Assembly (NCBI RefSeq): GCF_001194135.2
Contig: NC_068982.1
Coordinates: 87,388,751-87,452,750 of the forward strand
Direction of reading: 5' to 3'
Source of the DNA: Octopus bimaculoides
Taxonomy: Eukaryota
Length of the DNA stretch: 64,000 bases
This document shows positions 54,501 through 62,830 of the stretch, piece by piece; the stretch's first letter is position 1; each line of letters begins with the position of its first letter. A program made the translations under genes and the position numbers. The notes under the pieces were generated by a model. The model worked only from the letters and a program-made list of their open reading frames with translations. It was not told where the DNA came from and ran no database searches.

Positions 54501-57500
54501 TTTAGATACACTGTACCGGTGTAGTGACAGTAAACAAGATAAAGATGCAGCCATAATAACAATGTAATGATTCAACAATCTCTACAAACCAACAATCAAT
54601 ATTCCAAATTAACTAACCAACCAACACCTTCTGACTTCACTGCAAACTCAACTCGAACTAACACACAAACTTCACTCCGACCACTACTATTTATAATCAC
54701 TCAGTCCAGTCTACTTCTTGCAAAGGGGCATCGTGATTCTCATCATAACATCTCCCCTTTTGAGATTTTGACTTCTATAAGATGTGAAATTTATTTCATC
54801 TTTTATTTTTCCAGCACCTCTCCCTCTTTTTTTAAAAATCTAATATCTTTTTTGTTTTGGCATCATTTCTAAGTGTACAGTTTGTTTCCTTTTTCTACTG
54901 CTGCTTCTATGAAGCTCAATCTCTTTCAATGCTGGCACCTCAAACATGTCATAGCAGACTTTCATTGGTATTTCCTTTCGTCTTGCAGTATGTCTTGTCT
55001 TTAATTGGTTTAAGTGTCTCTTATGTTCCCAACGTTGTCCTTTAATTACATACATCATGTTTCCTAATCTTTTAGATACAAAGACCATCCTCCTAACCTT
55101 CTTTACCCTTTTTGTAAAAATTAAAATGAACTTTATCTCCTACTTTGAAATGTTTTGTTGCCTTTTCTGTATTTCGTTCAAATATATTTTTTCCTAGCAA
55201 TAATTTATCGAAGATAGATTTTATTTTTCATGCGAACATTAACTCTGCCAGAGACTTTCCTGAACTGGTATTCAGATTGGGTGTTATTCTATATACCCTC
55301 AAGAATTACATTAGTGCTTCGTCATTATCTATGTCATTCCTTGTTTTTTTTTAACACTCGCTTGAAATTATTAATGAATCTTTCTACCTGCCTATTTGAC
55401 CTTGAGTGGTAGGGTGGGGTAAAAATGTTTTATCGCATGTATTTTGCAGAAATTTTTGAATTCACTACCTGTAAATTGTGTTCCATTATCTGATACCAAT
55501 GTGTCTGGAACACCGTATTGGGCAAATAATTCATACAGGAACTTTATTGTTGTCTTTGCAGTTGGTTTATTGCACCTTCGTACCTCTGCCCACTTTGTAT
55601 CGCTATCAACAATTAGATAGTATGCACCGTTCACCAGTTCAGTGTAGTCAATATATACCCTGACCCACAGACTATCCATCTCAGGCCATGATTGGTATTT
55701 CACAGATGGTGCTTTGGCTGCTAGCACACAACCTCTACATGCTTTCATACAATTTTCAATGTCCCAGTCCATTGTCAGCCAATATACATAGCTCCTCATT
55801 AAGGCTTTCTTTCTCGACATTCCCAGATGTCCACTATGGAATTCCTGCAACACTCATTCCTGTAGTGCAGTTGGTACTACCACTCTTTGCACATACATTA
55901 AAACATTGTTGTATAGTGAAAAATTATTCGAATTTGTATTTCTATTTTGTTTATTTTTCAATGTTTCTTTCATTCTTGTAATGTAATTATTCTCTGCACA
56001 TTTCATTTTTATATCATGCACTGTCACTGACAGATGTGTAGCATTTGTTAAAATGAAATCTTTCACCTTGCAAATTTTTCTTTGAAATGTGACATCATTC
56101 CACATTTCACCTACAAAGTGTAGTTTGTCACTCGTTATGCCATGTGCAGTTTTCACTGTTTTTCTTAATATAGGTTTCTCTATTTTCTTCCACATGTTGA
56201 TGTTGATGATTGAAATGTTACTACCAGTATCCAGTTGTAATTTGATATTTACTTTTACATGTACAAATTTCCTTATTTGGGAGTCGATTTTACTTTCTGC
56301 TGAGAGCATTTTAGAATTTTTTACTTTTGACCTTCATACTTTTGTTCTAAAGTGTGAACTCTTGTGTCCAAATTTTTGACAACTGTGATATTTTTGGTTT
56401 TTTAAAAAGGACAATCTTTTTTGAAATGTAGGCCTCCATATTTGTAACATGGATTAGGACCAAGCAATTTTCCTTGGTTATACTTTTTTGGTTGGCATAT
56501 CTGTATTTTTGCGAAATCCTTTTCTTGAATTTTTCTTACATTGTGTGTCAGGTTCACTCTTTGACACTCTTTCACACTCCTCTGCAACAGTCTGCAGGGT
56601 TAAATCTTGGTTTGCTTGTTCAAGTTTTGAAAGAAGTCTTTCCCATATTTCTGTATCTTCATTTGCTGTAAGGCCTTGTGCAAAAATGAGGCACTTAAAC
56701 ATCTCAGGAGTAAGTTCTTTAAGTTTAAAACTTTCAGTGACCATTCCTGCATACGTAATAAAGTCATCATCCTCTTTCTTAGTTAAATCCCAACACTCCA
56801 TTTGAGTGTTAAATAGAGAAGTTTTATTACCAAACATGTTAGACAGTAATTTGATTGTTTCTTGAAAACAAATTTCACAAAACTTTTTGGGCAATATGAA
56901 ATTACAGTATCATTCATGCTCAGAGCTAATTTACGTAATAATAACCTTACTTTTTCTTCATCCAACCCAATCCTGTCTTGCAATCTTCTTTAAAAATCTC
57001 CTCATACCTTCCATAGTACACTGCAAAAGTTATACCCTCCTCTAGGTTATAACTGAATTCTGTTATGGAGTTCAATATGCTGTCTGGCAAAAACAAACTT
57101 ACTGAATTTTCAGACTTCTTTGTGTATAGTTGTAGTTGTTGCTGTGCTAATTGCTTCTGCAACTTCTGTTGCTGTTCTTGTTGTTGCTTTTGCAACTGTA
57201 TTATATAAGCTAATAGGTCTTCCATCATTTAACAAGTTGTATCATGAACAAATCGTTAAATAACCTACCTGAGCTTCAAAACTCTTGTTGCCTGATGTTG
57301 CATCCTCTGTCTCCAATGCCATGGTACTGCCATGGTATTGTGACGGATGGTTTAGATGCACTGTACCAGTGCAGTAACTGTAAACAAGATAACAATGCAG
57401 CTGTAATAACAACATAACAATCCAACAATCTCTTCATGAATCAACAATCAATATACCAAATGAACTAACCAACCAGCACCATTCAACTTCACTATGAGTT

Positions 57501-60500
57501 CAACTCGAACTGATACACAAACTTCACTCCAACCGCTACAATTTATAATCACTTTGTCCAGTCTATTTCTCGCAAGGGGGCATCGTGACTCTCATCACAA
57601 TAATCTCTAAAGCTGAGATCAATAACTCAGAAAAAAATATTAACATATTAGAAATTAATATTTTGCAATATTTGATGAATAAATGGCATCAACACATAAA
57701 TATCAACTCATTTATAATATAACCGTTTCAGTAAATTAGAAATATATTTACAATTTATCAAGTCTGAAGACAACAGATTGAAAGAAACAGTAACAAGCTG
57801 GACAAGATGCTTTTCAGTGTTTTAGTTTCTAACTTTTACATTCTGAATTCAAATCCTGATAGGGATGACCTTGCATTTTGTTCCTCTGTGAGTCAAGAAA
57901 GTACCATATATATGAACCAGAGTTGATTCAACTAACTAGTGGCCCTACCCTACCAATTTATTGCCTTATGCCAATGTCAAAAAGGTAATATTTATTAATT
58001 CCAGTGGAATGGTTAAGGCTGTGGACTGACAGAACAGGTAGAGTAACTAAAAAAATGTCTATCTTTTAATCTTTTACTTATTTCAATCATTGGACTGCAG
58101 CCATGCTGGAGCTCTACTGTCTGGGATGAGTGCTTTTCTTATTGACCCCGAAAGGATGATAAGAAAAGCTGAATTTGGCAGAATTTGAACTCAGTGTGCA
58201 CAGAGTTGAAAGACGTACCACAAGGTATTCTATCCAATGCTCTAATGACTCTACTAATTTGCCACCCTTACATTAAATTACTTGGCAATATCTAATTACA
58301 TCCCTTTAGGTTGTTAGTTAAAATCCAACTGTGGTCAACTTTGCCTTTTATCTTCCTGGGGTTGATAAAATAAGTACCAATAATACACTAAGTGTGTTGA
58401 TTTAATTGACTGTCTCTTCATGCAAAATATCTTGCCATATACTAATCAATATTTAGAAATTAATATGTATTAAGTCCATTTCAAAATTGATTTGTGGCTT
58501 TTGAACTTGACAATATCTCATGTTCATCAATTTTTAGTTTCTCAGTTTTAAATAACATTAAGATGAAGACACATTTCTATAAGTTTTTGATAAAATTTAA
58601 TCAGAGGGTAGCCAGAAATTTCTGTGTTGCCATTTAGACCAGGGTCAGCTATGATTGACCAACATCAGTAGTTGGTTGAACAACTATGTGTGAGTCATAC
58701 TCTACCGTAGAAGAATCATAGTGCATACAGACATGAAGTGGTTTGTTGTATGAACAAATTAATTTACTGTATTTGATGACATATTAGACACATCCCAGTT
58801 TTAGCAGTTCATATTCAAGAAAAGAAATTTTTAGTGCATTAAAGTATGTAATATTTAAAGCATTCTAGTAGTACAAAATATTAATAATGGTAGTAATAAT
58901 AATGTTTTATTAAATGTTAATATGGAGTCAGATTTGATAGAAAAATCATGTAGATTAAAATTAACCTGTAGTAGTGATAAAATTAATATACAAGAAGCTC
59001 AACTATGCATATAGATCCTAGGGTGATTTTTTGAGGCACTTTTGGGGAAGAAATCATGTCTTATATGCTATCAAATACAGTATATGATTTGAGTGAATCA
59101 CTATTAAAAGAATGTTGAAAAACACTGCTTTATTTAGAGTTTATGTCTTTGTGTGCAGCATGTTTAGAAATGCACTATGATATATATTTTATTTTATTTA
59201 CTGAAAAGAAAAATGCCTTATTTATTTTATGCATTTAAATAAATGTATATTTTATAAAAAAATTGCTTCTACATTTTTAGCATGTATTTTGCACGGCTTC
59301 AGTATTTATGAAACTTCATTGTATATTTATTCATTTATTTCCAATATTTTACATCTTTGTTTTTTGATAACTTACCAAGAGAAAGAGGACCAGCATTCAT
59401 TACTTTGTAGGCCTTACTTAACTGGTGAGATTGATGTGGTTGATTTTCTGTTTGATCATCAGGAGATCAATATTTGCAGGAAAAACTAAAATATGGAGGA
59501 AAGCAATAATCTTCTGGTCCCAGATGTTAGCATCACAGTGAGATGCACTAAAGACACTCAAAGAGTAGGTGATGGTTTTAAACTGAATGGTCTGTCAACC
59601 AAGTATGGCTGAGCTACAAGCTCATATGTATGGATTTCAAATCTGTTACAGGCATTTTGTATGTGCCACAGTTCAAATTCTTGCTTTACAGAAACATGGA
59701 TATATTATTGAACACCACAGAATTGCGATATTTGTCTTGAGAAAGCTTCTTGTATACATGTATAGTACTAAAAAGTATAGAAGTGTATCAGAGCAGACAA
59801 AAAGCATCCAGCGGTGGTAGTGGAGTTGCTAAATCAGGATTTCTGTGTCTTTGTGCATCATCAGTAGCAAGTATCTACTAGATATTAATCAATTTTCTAT
59901 TAACTATTTCATAACTGCCACACTAGTGTTGTTAATAAGAAGGAATTGAAAATAAAATTCATTTCTAATGTAATTGACAACACATCAGTTCTGCAGAACT
60001 GCATGATATGAGAAAAGGCATAATCTGTATGACATGTTTGTTTTACTTTGAATTTATACCGTTTGTTTTTCTTGAGGTATATAAAATATTCTTTACATGT
60101 TTTTTCTATACCTGTATTATACAGTATATATATGTGTGTGTGTTTGTATGCATATTTTACACTCATTTATATGTAGTAATATATACATATATGTGTATAT
60201 ATGTGCATATACATATATAAACGTGTGTACATTAATACATACATATACACACATATATATTTATACACAAACATATTTATATGTATATATACACACACAT
60301 TTACGCATACATGTGTATATACACAGACATGTATATAATTATATATATATATATATTTATTCATTGATGTATATACATTCATGCACATAAATTTATACAT
60401 ACATACATATACATGTCACATGCATACAATCCTCACAATCACATTTATATATTATTTTTCATAATCAACTCAAAATTAAATAAATGCAACAAATAAATAT

Positions 60501-60619
60501 TTATACTTTATTTACTACAGGAAAAAAAAGGTCAGCCAGCATTAGATAAAAATACAAGAAGACAGCAAGAGATAGCCAAACTGGAGAAAGTTTTGAATTC
60601 TGTCAGAGAATCCACCTAA
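4188..60619 (+). CDS. DNAI1: Axonemal outer dynein arm intermediate chain 1-like gene (WD40), spliced and 5'-incomplete. Core exons: 4188-4282, 6638-6742, 8442-8543, 10219-10305, 11477-11561, 12488-12649, 17595-17839, 22396-22485, 31691-31778, 34332-34566, 41021-41120, 42672-42805, 43657-43708, 60521-60619
   Basis: All introns are GT-AG and exon phases match into one open frame. Recognised DNAI1/IC78 motifs: [22 protein letters not shown]....[49 protein letters not shown]40 repeats, [26 protein letters not shown]-stop. Confidence 0.93.
4308..4635 (+). mobile_element. tRNA-derived SINE with CORE/Meta-like central domain; related copies near 32098-32330 and 41362-41640
   Basis: A box (tagctcagtgg), B-box-like gtttgattcc, then cttgagcaagacacttt...ccagtctactcagctg. 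Copies share ORF-track translations (4425-4610 versus 41421-41612). Confidence 0.75.
4715..5075 (+). mobile_element. RTE-like LINE 3' fragment
   Basis: Degenerate reading [17 protein letters not shown]...[12 protein letters not shown], typical of the RTE C-terminus. Confidence 0.65.
6638..6742 (+). CDS. DNAI1: DNAI1 exon [35 protein letters not shown]
   Basis: atttcag acceptor, CGG/gttagt donor; conserved [10 protein letters not shown] motif. Confidence 0.93.
8442..8543 (+). CDS. DNAI1: DNAI1 exon [34 protein letters not shown]
   Basis: ttatgcag acceptor, CAG/gtaatc donor; 102 nt, phase 0-0; not in the ORF track. Confidence 0.93.
9438..9806 (-). mobile_element. SINE family B (head ggagtggctgtgtggtaag...ggttcagtccc, internal CA/TA microsatellite, conserved tail). 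Other copies near 8745-8913(+), 10362-10560(-), 12240-12440(-), 19870-20285(+), 33335-33700(-), 38716-38880(-), 53095-53720(+)
   Basis: Repeated tRNA-like head plus shared body (gcaagtgtcttctactatagc...gtagacggaaactgaaagaagccc) and tail. Confidence 0.85.
10219..10305 (+). CDS. DNAI1: DNAI1 exon [29 protein letters not shown]
   Basis: tttttcag acceptor, ACA/gtgagt donor; 87 nt, phase 0-0; Lys/Glu-rich linker. Confidence 0.87.
11477..11561 (+). CDS. DNAI1: DNAI1 exon [28 protein letters not shown](D)
   Basis: tctcacag acceptor, CAAG/gtagag donor; [14 protein letters not shown] motif. Confidence 0.93.
12488..12649 (+). CDS. DNAI1: DNAI1 exon (D)[53 protein letters not shown](Y)
   Basis: attatag acceptor, TCAT/gtaagt donor; start of the first WD40 repeat. 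Confidence 0.95.
13537..16641 (+). mobile_element. hAT-superfamily DNA transposon, inactivated
   Basis: 18-bp terminal inverted repeats (TIRs) CCAGGGTTGCCAATTTAA (13537) and TTAAGTTGGCAACACTGG (16624-16641), 2 mismatches; TAGCATTTT repeats at both subtermini; internal transposase. No 8-bp TSD recognisable. Confidence 0.88.
14599..16490 (+). pseudogene. hAT transposase pseudogene
   Basis: TTF-type zinc finger (FRKEWL...HCRYC), FSLLLNES (catalytic D changed to N), [13 protein letters not shown] (CxxH), [14 protein letters not shown] dimerisation region; in-frame TAA at 15181-15183 and later frameshifts. Confidence 0.88.
16778..17552 (-). mobile_element. Internally deleted mariner (DD34D-type) element
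   Basis: About 25-bp TIRs (caaggtgtagtcaaaaaatatccg / ggatactttttgactacatctca) flanked by TA at 16776-16777 and 17553-17554; minus-strand remnants [17 protein letters not shown] and [12 protein letters not shown]-stop. Confidence 0.85.
17595..17839 (+). CDS. DNAI1: DNAI1 exon (Y)[21 protein letters not shown]...[11 protein letters not shown]...GKHLGPVWE
   Basis: attccag acceptor, GAG/gtgagg donor; WD40 repeat content. Confidence 0.95.
22396..22485 (+). CDS. DNAI1: DNAI1 exon [30 protein letters not shown]
   Basis: gttatctag acceptor, AAA/gtaaat donor; 90 nt, phase 0-0. Confidence 0.93.
23386..23868 (+). pseudogene. Penelope-type GIY-YIG endonuclease C-terminal fragment
   Basis: One frame reads [27 protein letters not shown]...[20 protein letters not shown]...LDWSII...NCRLCTLE...LINSKS..ISACKH. 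The stop at 23560-23562 sits at the conserved Arg (CGA to TGA). Confidence 0.85.
24152..29365 (+). mobile_element. Near-full-length L1/Tx1-like LINE: ORF1 with CCHC knuckle; ORF2 with APE endonuclease, RT and C-terminal zinc finger
   Basis: ORF1 about 24602-25219+ ([14 protein letters not shown], frameshifted). ORF2: [39 protein letters not shown] at 27802-27813, [13 protein letters not shown]; stop at 29111; AATAAA at 29358-29363. Large parts are in gaps, including the 5' junction. Confidence 0.9.
29723..29819 (+). ncRNA. Type I minimal hammerhead ribozyme motif (Penelope pLTR)
   Basis: Stem I ATACATCT/AGATGCAT; core CTGAAGA 29731-29737; stem II GCGG/CTGT plus TTGCC/GGCAA; GAAAC 29800-29804; stem III AC/GT with loop AATC; GTA cleavage triplet 29809-29811. 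Confidence 0.75.
30151..31198 (+). mobile_element. maT/DD37D Tc1-mariner relic
   Basis: TIR cagggtgtttgggctaaatttgaca versus tgtcaaatttagccc(..)ctg; WLQDPATCH...[19 protein letters not shown] with 37 residues between the second and third catalytic positions. Confidence 0.8.
31691..31778 (+). CDS. DNAI1: DNAI1 exon [29 protein letters not shown](G)
   Basis: atttttag acceptor, TATG/gtatgt donor; phase 0-1 fits the flanking exons. Confidence 0.9.
34332..34566 (+). CDS. DNAI1: DNAI1 exon (G)[32 protein letters not shown]...[19 protein letters not shown](K)
   Basis: atttttag acceptor, CAA/gtatgt donor; GTEEG and [11 protein letters not shown]40 motifs. Confidence 0.95.
35770..36800 (+). mobile_element. 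Second maT/DD37D transposase relic
   Basis: [23 protein letters not shown]...YVFQ*DS..SH...[20 protein letters not shown]; D-37-D spacing; stops and frameshifts. Confidence 0.82.
36903..38030 (-). mobile_element. RTE-clade LINE APE-endonuclease fragment
   Basis: [64 protein letters not shown] (ORFs 37686-38012 and 36869-37570). Confidence 0.88.
40753..40836 (+). ncRNA. Type I minimal hammerhead ribozyme motif
   Basis: CTGATGA 40757-40763; 10-bp stem II GATTTTGCCC/GGGCAAAATT; GAAAC 40820-40824; palindromic ACAGCTGT stem III; GTA triplet 40829-40831; weak bulged stem I TCCT/A(C)GGA. Confidence 0.65.
41021..41120 (+). CDS. DNAI1: DNAI1 exon (K)[33 protein letters not shown]
   Basis: ctctttcag acceptor, AAA/gtaagt donor; [18 protein letters not shown] motif. 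Confidence 0.95.
42672..42805 (+). CDS. DNAI1: DNAI1 exon [44 protein letters not shown](R)
   Basis: aattgtag acceptor, GACAG/gtatgt donor; last WD40 repeat. Confidence 0.95.
43657..43708 (+). CDS. DNAI1: DNAI1 exon (R)[17 protein letters not shown]
   Basis: atttttag acceptor, AAA/gtgagt donor; LKLSPNLRK motif. Confidence 0.93.
44290..44540 (+). mobile_element. CR1/L2/Crack-like RT fragment
   Basis: Degenerate STGELL...[29 protein letters not shown] segment. Confidence 0.6.
44868..45037. repeat. (ACT/ACC)n microsatellite. Other simple repeats include (AAT)n 604-670, 864-950, 1751-1829, 61530-61588; (TAG)n 3779-3832; (TCA/TCC)n 10757-10955; (GT)n 19251-19314; (TATG)n near 22820-23000
   Basis: Directly visible tandem repeats; they generate the poly-T, poly-I, poly-Y, poly-S and CV-repeat ORFs in the track. 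Confidence 0.95.
46065..46100 (+). CDS. Candidate 36-nt cassette exon [12 protein letters not shown]
   Basis: catcttttacag acceptor, CAG/gtagac donor; 12 codons, no stop, phase 0-0. No homology support. Confidence 0.4.
46586..47300. repeat. Long pyrimidine-rich (CT) low-complexity tract
   Basis: About 700 nt dominated by C/T on the + strand; the overlapping F/L/S-rich ORFs are compositional artefacts. Confidence 0.8.
47496..47732 (-). mobile_element. Short retroposon with (GAT)n tail, RTE-tail-like. Near-identical copy at 49567-49770; older copies near 10930-11100, 18985-19130, 20480-20700, 49790-50110
   Basis: Shared catcatcgtttaacgtccgctttccatgctagcatgggttggac...ggatgcccttcctaacgccaaccac sequence. 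Confidence 0.7.
48662..49230 (+). mobile_element. Tc1-like (DD34E) transposase relic
   Basis: [12 protein letters not shown]...[14 protein letters not shown]...DLNPIKN (degenerate DLNPIEN). Confidence 0.75.
51920..51991 (+). CDS. Candidate 72-nt cassette exon [24 protein letters not shown]
   Basis: ttattcaatttaaag acceptor, GCA/gtgagt strong donor; 24 codons, open, phase 0-0; charged composition like the neighbouring DNAI1 tail. Confidence 0.6.
54446..54750 (-). repeat. 3' LTR
   Basis: Direct repeat of 57296-57602; begins TGT on the minus strand. Confidence 0.88.
57296..57602 (-). repeat. 5' LTR
   Basis: Direct repeat of 54446-54750; ends CAACA on the minus strand, followed by a PBS-like sequence. 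Confidence 0.88.
60521..60619 (+). CDS. DNAI1: DNAI1 terminal exon [32 protein letters not shown]-stop
   Basis: tttactacag acceptor; matches the EKKGQ...EIAKLDKLL..VRE C-terminus of DNAI1; TAA at 60617-60619. Confidence 0.92.
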   Translation, partial: EKKGQPALDKNTRRQQEIAKLEKVLNSVREST

Positions 60620-60628
60620 TTCCTTAAT

Positions 60629-60634
60629 AATAAA
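60629..60634 (+). terminator. Possible AATAAA polyadenylation signal
   Basis: Canonical hexamer 10 nt after the stop. AT-rich context makes a chance occurrence likely. Confidence 0.25.
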
Positions 60635-61527
60635 TATAGTGAGTGAATGCTGATGAAGAGAGGCAGTATTTCTGCAAACTGAGTTCAGTTCATACTCTGG
60701 TTAGAGCAATTTCCATTCTATGTTGTCAGTGTCATTGAAGAACACATGACCATTGCATAATCACATTTGTTTCTTTTCCTTAAAATATATGAAGTCTTAT
60801 GTTTATTCAGTATTGTTTACTTGAGCATCAGATAAACAATGTTGTAAAATTTATTCTGGTTTTTACATTCTGAAATCAACTCTCATCAAGGCCAACTTTG
60901 TTTTCCAACCTTCTAGAGTTAATAAAATATAGTACTTGTCAAGAATTGGGGTCAATGATATCAATTTACACCTTCCTATTGAATTTCAGGCTTTGAAACA
61001 ATTATGTTGCAAATAAAACTTATCAATGTCAGGCATATCCTATTGACTACACAACTATAATAAACTCATAATATAATAATACACATATGAAGGTGGCAAG
61101 CTGGCAGAATCATAAGCAACCCAGCCAAAATGCTTCAAGGCATTTCATCTGTCTTTATGTTCTGAGTTCAAATTCTGCCAAAGTTGACTTTGTCTTTCAT
61201 CTGTTTTGGGTTGATGAAATGAGTACCCGTTGAGCACTAGGTCAGTGTAATCAACTAAGTCACTTCCCCCAAAATTTCAGGCCTATTGTAGAAAGAAACA
61301 TTATTATTAGAATAGTGGTTGGTAGAATTGCTAATACATTGAACTGAATGCCTTGCAGCATTCACTCCATTTCTTTATGTTCTGAGTTCAAATCCTACCG
61401 TGGTCAACTTTGTCTTTCATTCTTTTGGTTTTGATAAAATATAATACTAGTCAAGTACTGGAATTGATGTAACAAACTAATTCTTCCCTCAAAATTCCTT
61501 GCTTTGTGCCTAAATAAGGAAACCAAC

Positions 61528-61589
<62 letters not shown>

Positions 61590-62413
61590 TGCTAATTTGT
61601 GTCTGGTTGTTTTGTCGGTGTGTTACACTTACGCCAAAGCAGGCAATAACTCGAATGAAGAAATATACAGAGAAGGGGAAGAAGAGAAAACAAAGAGAGG
61701 GAAAGAGAGAAAGAAAGAGGGAGGAGGTCTATATTATTCTGCATTTGCCAGGTTCAAATCATAGGCACAGTTGAAATGTTTAACTTAATGTAACAATGCT
61801 ATGAAGATCTAAAAATTATGCATTAAGAGATCTGTTAATAGATAGTTATATTAAACTGAAATAAATAAATAGTAAGCAAATAGCTGTGGATGTTACACTA
61901 TTATCTTTTGTGTGTTCCAGACCAAAGGCTGTGGCCATCCTGGGGTACTATCATTATTCTTTTTGTTATTAGGTTTAGACACTTATCTGTATTGGGAGAG
62001 TAGACAGATACATACATTGCAAAAAGAAAAGTAAATATGATAATTAGCTAGCAAGTCTATTGATATATCAATATATATGCAGACAGAGAGATATATTAAT
62101 AGATATATGGATAGGTAGCTAAACTGAAATGAAATGAAAATAATCTCAATTGGTAAATAACTTGAACTGAGCCTTGGTTGTAGTTGGACAGTGAAAAGTA
62201 TAGTTTTTTTAATAAATATAAGTTTTACCATTTTAATTCATTTTTTATTTCCTTAACCCTTTAGCATTTCATCCGGCCAGAATATTCCTTCTGTTCTATG
62301 TTAAAATTGACCATATACAGCCTTTTGCACCTACCCAACAATGTTATCCTGAAAACATATAAACCTACATTATTTACATTCAATGAATATTTGTCCTCAT
62401 CTTGTTTGTTATT

Positions 62414-62459
62414 AACACAACATTTTGGCTGATATCCCCTCCAGCCTTCTTCAGGTGTC
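62414..62459 (-). ncRNA. Degenerate minimal hammerhead motif, left arm
   Basis: GACAC-CTGAAGA-A-GGCTG..CAGCC-AAAAT-GT-T-GTGTT; G12 to A and C15.2 to T, both explicable as CpG decay. Confidence 0.6.
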
Positions 62460-62788
62460 TTGGGGAAATTTTGAACCTGGGTTCTCACTCCTAAGGTATT
62501 TTTCGATGTTATTATTATTATTATTATTGTTATTGTTCAGGTCACTGCTTGGAATCGAACTCGGAATCTTGGGGTTAGTAGCCCGTGCTCTTAACCACTA
62601 CACCATATGCCCATGGGCATATGGCATAGTGGTTAAGGGTGCGGGCTACTAACCCCAAGATTCCGAGTTCGATTCCAAGCAGTGACCTGAACAATAACAA
62701 CAACAACAATAATAATAATGATAATAATAATAATAATGACATCAAAAAATACCTTAGGAATGAGAACCCAGGTTCAAAATTTCCCCAA

Positions 62789-62830
62789 GACACCTGAAAA
62801 AGGCTGGAGGATATATCAGCCGAAATGTAT
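62789..62830 (+). ncRNA. Degenerate minimal hammerhead motif, right arm
   Basis: GACAC-CTGAAAA-A-GGCTG..CAGCC-GAAAT-GT-A; G8 to A, C15.2 to T, 3' strand of stem I disrupted. Confidence 0.5.

Larger units (their letters stand above)
54446..57602 (-). mobile_element. Ty3/Gypsy-type LTR retrotransposon with both LTRs, gag, protease and integrase but no RT/RNase H
   Basis: LTRs 57296-57602 and 54446-54750; polypurine tract AAAAGGGGAGA next to the 3' LTR; decayed primer-binding site (aggcaacaagag); TSD ATCCC/ATCTC; gag CCHC remnants; LDTGS protease; HHCC, DY, DNG and ERF integrase motifs. Confidence 0.9.

Noticed and set aside
60650-60700. CTGATGA plus a hairpin in the DNAI1 3' region
   Set aside because: GAAAC is absent (CAAAC) and there is no stem I or cleavage triplet.
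62615-62687. Possible real tRNA gene (also tRNA-like heads at about 4310 and 32100)
   Set aside because: The acceptor and T stems do not pair fully and each continues into a repeat body; these are SINE-type heads.
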